Origin: Chiloscyllium plagiosum
Lineage: Eukaryota
Direction: 5' to 3'
NCBI RefSeq assembly: GCF_004010195.1
Contig: NC_057719.1
Location: forward strand, 76,871,273 to 76,909,823
DNA: 38,551 bases
Under the pieces are notes generated by a model. The model saw only the letters and a list, made by a program, of their open reading frames with translations. It did no database searches and was not told the DNA's origin. Shown here in pieces: positions 34,956-38,551 of this stretch (position 1 is the stretch's first letter; the number at the start of each line of letters is the position of its first letter). Position numbers and translations under genes: made by a program.

Positions 34956-37829
34956 CCAATACAACTTTATCTGCTGGATATTTTTACAGTTTGCATAATA
35001 TAGTAAGAAAAATGTTAATAATCATGAAGAAAAATATAGCAAATGTTTTTTGCTAAAAAAAATACTTTCCCAGAGCTTTTCAACTTGCACAAATCAACAC
35101 ATTCGCAAGAATACTAATGTAAAAGGGGAACAACATTTTGTACTGTATGAGAAGACAGTGCTGCTGGTTGGCAAGATCAGTAGAGGCAAATGCAGCAGTC
35201 CAATGATGACTAACAAGTGAAACCAAGCTTTGTTTAAACTAAAACCAGGCAAGTTAATACTGATCAAGGAACAAACCAGAAAATGGATGTCACATATTTT
35301 GTTAAGTTGACAAGCACAATGTCAATATATGCTCTCCCTATCTGCAAATAGGGCCTTGTACATTGATATGTCACTTCAAGTATGTGCACATGCACTACTC
35401 TGTAAGCCTGACTGACGATTTAAAATTATATGTCAAAGTAATTATTTGCACAGTTAGGATGATTGAACGAACATCAATCAATGTTCGAATCACACCAAAT
35501 GTTAAATACTTTATTTACAGTTTTGCAAACACAGGCTGGTGGGTACGGTCAGTACTTTGCCTATTGCAGACAGCAGAAGGCCATGAACTTCAAATATCAC
35601 ATGACTCATTTGTGAGACTTTTCAGCTTGACAGCAACATCCGATTAGCGGTGAACACCACTCATTATACTACTTTGTAGCAGCAGGGTGAAACAGGTAGC
35701 TTCACCTGTTGCTCAAATAGAAGGACATATTTATCAAGACTAGAAAAGGTAATAATTGAAAAATAGAACACACTTCTGCATCTGGCATCCAATCATTATT
35801 TAACCTTAAGCACAGGCTAACAATCCCAACCACTGTTAATGAGTCATGATAGAATAGTGTACACCCAAATATCAATGCCTATGTTTTATATTATGTAATG
35901 AATGATATTGGGTTGTGTTGACTATGCGAAATCTAATGACCAAGTTCAGGCTTCCCAGAAATCCACACAAATACAATTATATTTTCAAGTGTTTAAAATC
36001 TGAAACTCTGGACAATGCATAATCCTCTTGTAGCCTTGGTCTTCTCTATTAACTTCATAGCTGCCAGATTAAGAATTGTCACATATGATTAGAAAAATCT
36101 TTTTGCTCATTTTGAAATTTTTGGTTAGACTGAGCAACTAATTTTTCAGAAGTTAGTTAAACCAGGACCCATGGTCCCTCCACCACAAAGGTGCATTAGA
36201 CCCCATGTAACCATTTGGGTATTTGTCTGCAAATTTCTTTATCGATTTGAATTTATTGAAAAGATCATTTCATCAGTTCAATGGTTCTTTTAATTTTGCA
36301 AATGTGTTGCCTTGGCTTGAAATTCTCAAGGATGGTGCAACATTTCTCCAGAGAATTTACAACCCAAAATGTGCATCTTAACAGTGTTCAGGACAATAAA
36401 TTCAAACTGTGCAAGGCAAACAAAGCCAGAAAAAAATTTACAGAATTTCATAGCTCAGCATAAAATAAATCAAGTAACACACATTGTTTGAATTTTTATA
36501 AATAAATCATTTCATAGATGAGCACTTAACAGTCACATTGCCATTGGTTTGACAAATATGCTTAAATGACCTTCGCAACTGACTGCATAATAAAATCTGC
36601 AGATGCTGTCCACCAATAAGGAAAATGGTTTACAGTTTTACAAGCTTGAACCAATTTCTATTTAGAGTTTATAAATTTAAAAGGGTAAAAACAAATGACT
36701 GCAGATGCTGGAAACCAGATTCAAAGGCTGTTAATGTGGCAAGTTGAGAGGTTACCGGGGAATGAGAACCAAGGTCATAATCTCATCTCATGAACAAGGC
36801 AACTCCATAGACCAGAAAGTCAAAAAAACTTATTAATCTAGAATGAAACTTTACAATTTAATGTATTTTGCCTTAAATTGGTATTGGACAGCAGTCAAGA
36901 AAACGTGTAAAAACTACATTTTGATGTTTCAGATCTCCCATATTCCCTGCAAAAGTAATGTTTTTTTTTCATCTAAGCAATAGCAAAGATCAGCAACAGC
37001 AAGTCAATGCAAAGTCATAAATTTTTGTTAATCTAAAACATTGCTAAAAATTGCACTGGTGCACAGAAAACTACTGGAAGAAAAGTTAGCGTAACATTTT
37101 GCATGTAATCCTTCATCAATACTGAGGATGCATCTAATCTAAATCATTAACCAGCCTTATTCTTTCAGATGCTGAATGATATGTTGTTCACTGAGCCAAC
37201 ATTCTGCTTTTATTTTAAATGTCATAAATATAAGCAATCCTCTGTGCACTGGTGCTGCCTGGAGGATTTCTATTTGTTTCCATTTTTATTTCAGATTTAC
37301 AGCACATGCTTTTTTTTTGTTGCTTCTGTGTTGACCGTAGTTATATCACTTGGAAGGTAACACAAAATGCAATTCCACTGAGAAAGTTCAGCTTTTTTTG
37401 GGATGATGAGTGGCACTGGGGAAAGAAGCATGGGTAAGAAAAAAGATTATGGATACTTTGAGCAATGGATGGAACAATACATATAACAAAATTAATTAAA
37501 AGCCACATTTTACCATATCACACAACACCTTCTTGAGCCTCACTGCGACCAAAAATGCTCTTTAATTTAATGTAAAAATACATTTGCAATGAGGAAAGGC
37601 AAAACCAAGCTCCAATTTCAGCAATTTAACTTAAGGTTCAGTCTGATGACCAGTTGCAGAAACCCACCATGGTACTGATTGGATCTTAAATAAAACTGGT
37701 GAAAAGGAAATAAACCCAATTTTTTTCCAGCCGATCACAAACACACTGTATTTTACATTGACGTGCAACTCGGTCAACGTGATTCAAGGATGCAATTGTT
37801 CTCACAAAATGTATTATTGCCTTGAAATG

Positions 37830-38551
37830 CGAATATGTACTTCTTGTCAGATGTGGGAGTTTAAAGAGAGTTTAAGGGTTACTGCGGATTATATCTACCA
37901 TAAATGCTGTTGGATGCGAATCTTATCAGATCGAGTGGATTGGTTGGAGAGATAGGAAGAAGCGATGAGGAATTTGCAACAGCAACAGTATGTGATGGAT
38001 GGCAGTTAAAGGAAGGGGGGAANNNNNNNNNNNNNNNNNNNNNNNNNNNNNNNNNNNNNNNNNNNNNNNNNNNNNNNNNNNNNNNNNNNNNNNNNNNNNN
38101 NNNNNNNNNNNNNNNNNNNNNNNNNNNNAGTCCGAGGTACAGACAGACGTTTCTGTGGCCAGCAGAGAAAAAGCAGAATGGTGTATTGTTTCCCTGGTGC
38201 CAGGATCAAGGAAGTCTCAGAGAGGGTGCAGAATGTTCTCATGGGGGAGAGAGGCCAGCAGGAGGCCACTGTCCACATTGGAACCAAAGACATAGGAAGG
38301 GAAAAGGTTGAGATTATGAAGGGATTACAGAGTGTTAGGCAGAAATTTAAAAAGGAGGTCCTCAAGGGTAGTAATATCTGGATTACTCCCAGTGCTACGA
38401 GCTAGTGAGGGCAGGAATAGGAGGATAGAGCAGATGAATGCATGGCTGAGGAGCTGGTGTATGGGAGAAGGATTCACATTTTTGGATAATTGGAAGCTCT
38501 GTTTGGGTAAAAGTGACCTGTACAAGAAGAACGGATTGCACCTAAATTGGA
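37830..38551 (+). mobile_element. CR1 LINE ORF1 remnant (Cys motif + SGNH/GDSL esterase-like domain); runs off the window
   Basis: ICTSCQMWEF...YIYHKCCW; after the gap VRGTDRRFCG...VYCFPGARIKEVSER...VHIGTKDIGR...DLYKKNGLHLNW. Frameshifted. Confidence 0.85.
38023..38128. other. Assembly gap
   Basis: Run of N. Confidence 1.

Noticed and set aside
37758..38551. Host esterase or zinc-finger gene
   Set aside because: Matches CR1 ORF1 architecture, is frameshifted and has no splice structure.
32916..38551. Upstream MLK exon or promoter
   Set aside because: No SH3 N-terminal peptide (ALFDY...EL-type) or CpG island seen; it probably lies beyond the window.

Overview
Eukaryotic, AT-rich vertebrate DNA, very probably from a shark: it carries HE1-type V-SINEs, HER1-like CR1 LINEs and DeuSINE remnants. 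The only host coding sequence found is one internal 553-bp exon on the minus strand (32915..32363). It encodes the C-terminal half of an SH3 domain plus kinase subdomains I-VIb of a mixed-lineage kinase, most likely MAP3K10/MLK2 (MAP3K9 not excluded). The rest appears to be intron filled with retroelement debris. Main structural observations: (1) 980-~11860 is one internally deleted LTR retroelement (tRNA-Pro-like PBS, split gag) holding up to three further levels of nested CR1, Penelope and SINE insertions, several with readable TSDs. (2) Several Penelope-derived pieces carry minimal hammerhead-ribozyme motifs, including a ~90-bp ribozyme-only insertion with a 12-bp TSD. (3) Split elements with opposite orientations point to an inversion between two inverted CR1 copies at 15.0-18.3 kb. 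(4) An unexplained inverted repeat with ~330-bp arms lies 1.1-2.0 kb upstream of the exon. (5) There are short local duplications. Repeat family names come from recalled consensus features, not from a database search. Assembly gaps are at 4193-4633 and 38023-38128. No new protein-coding system was found.
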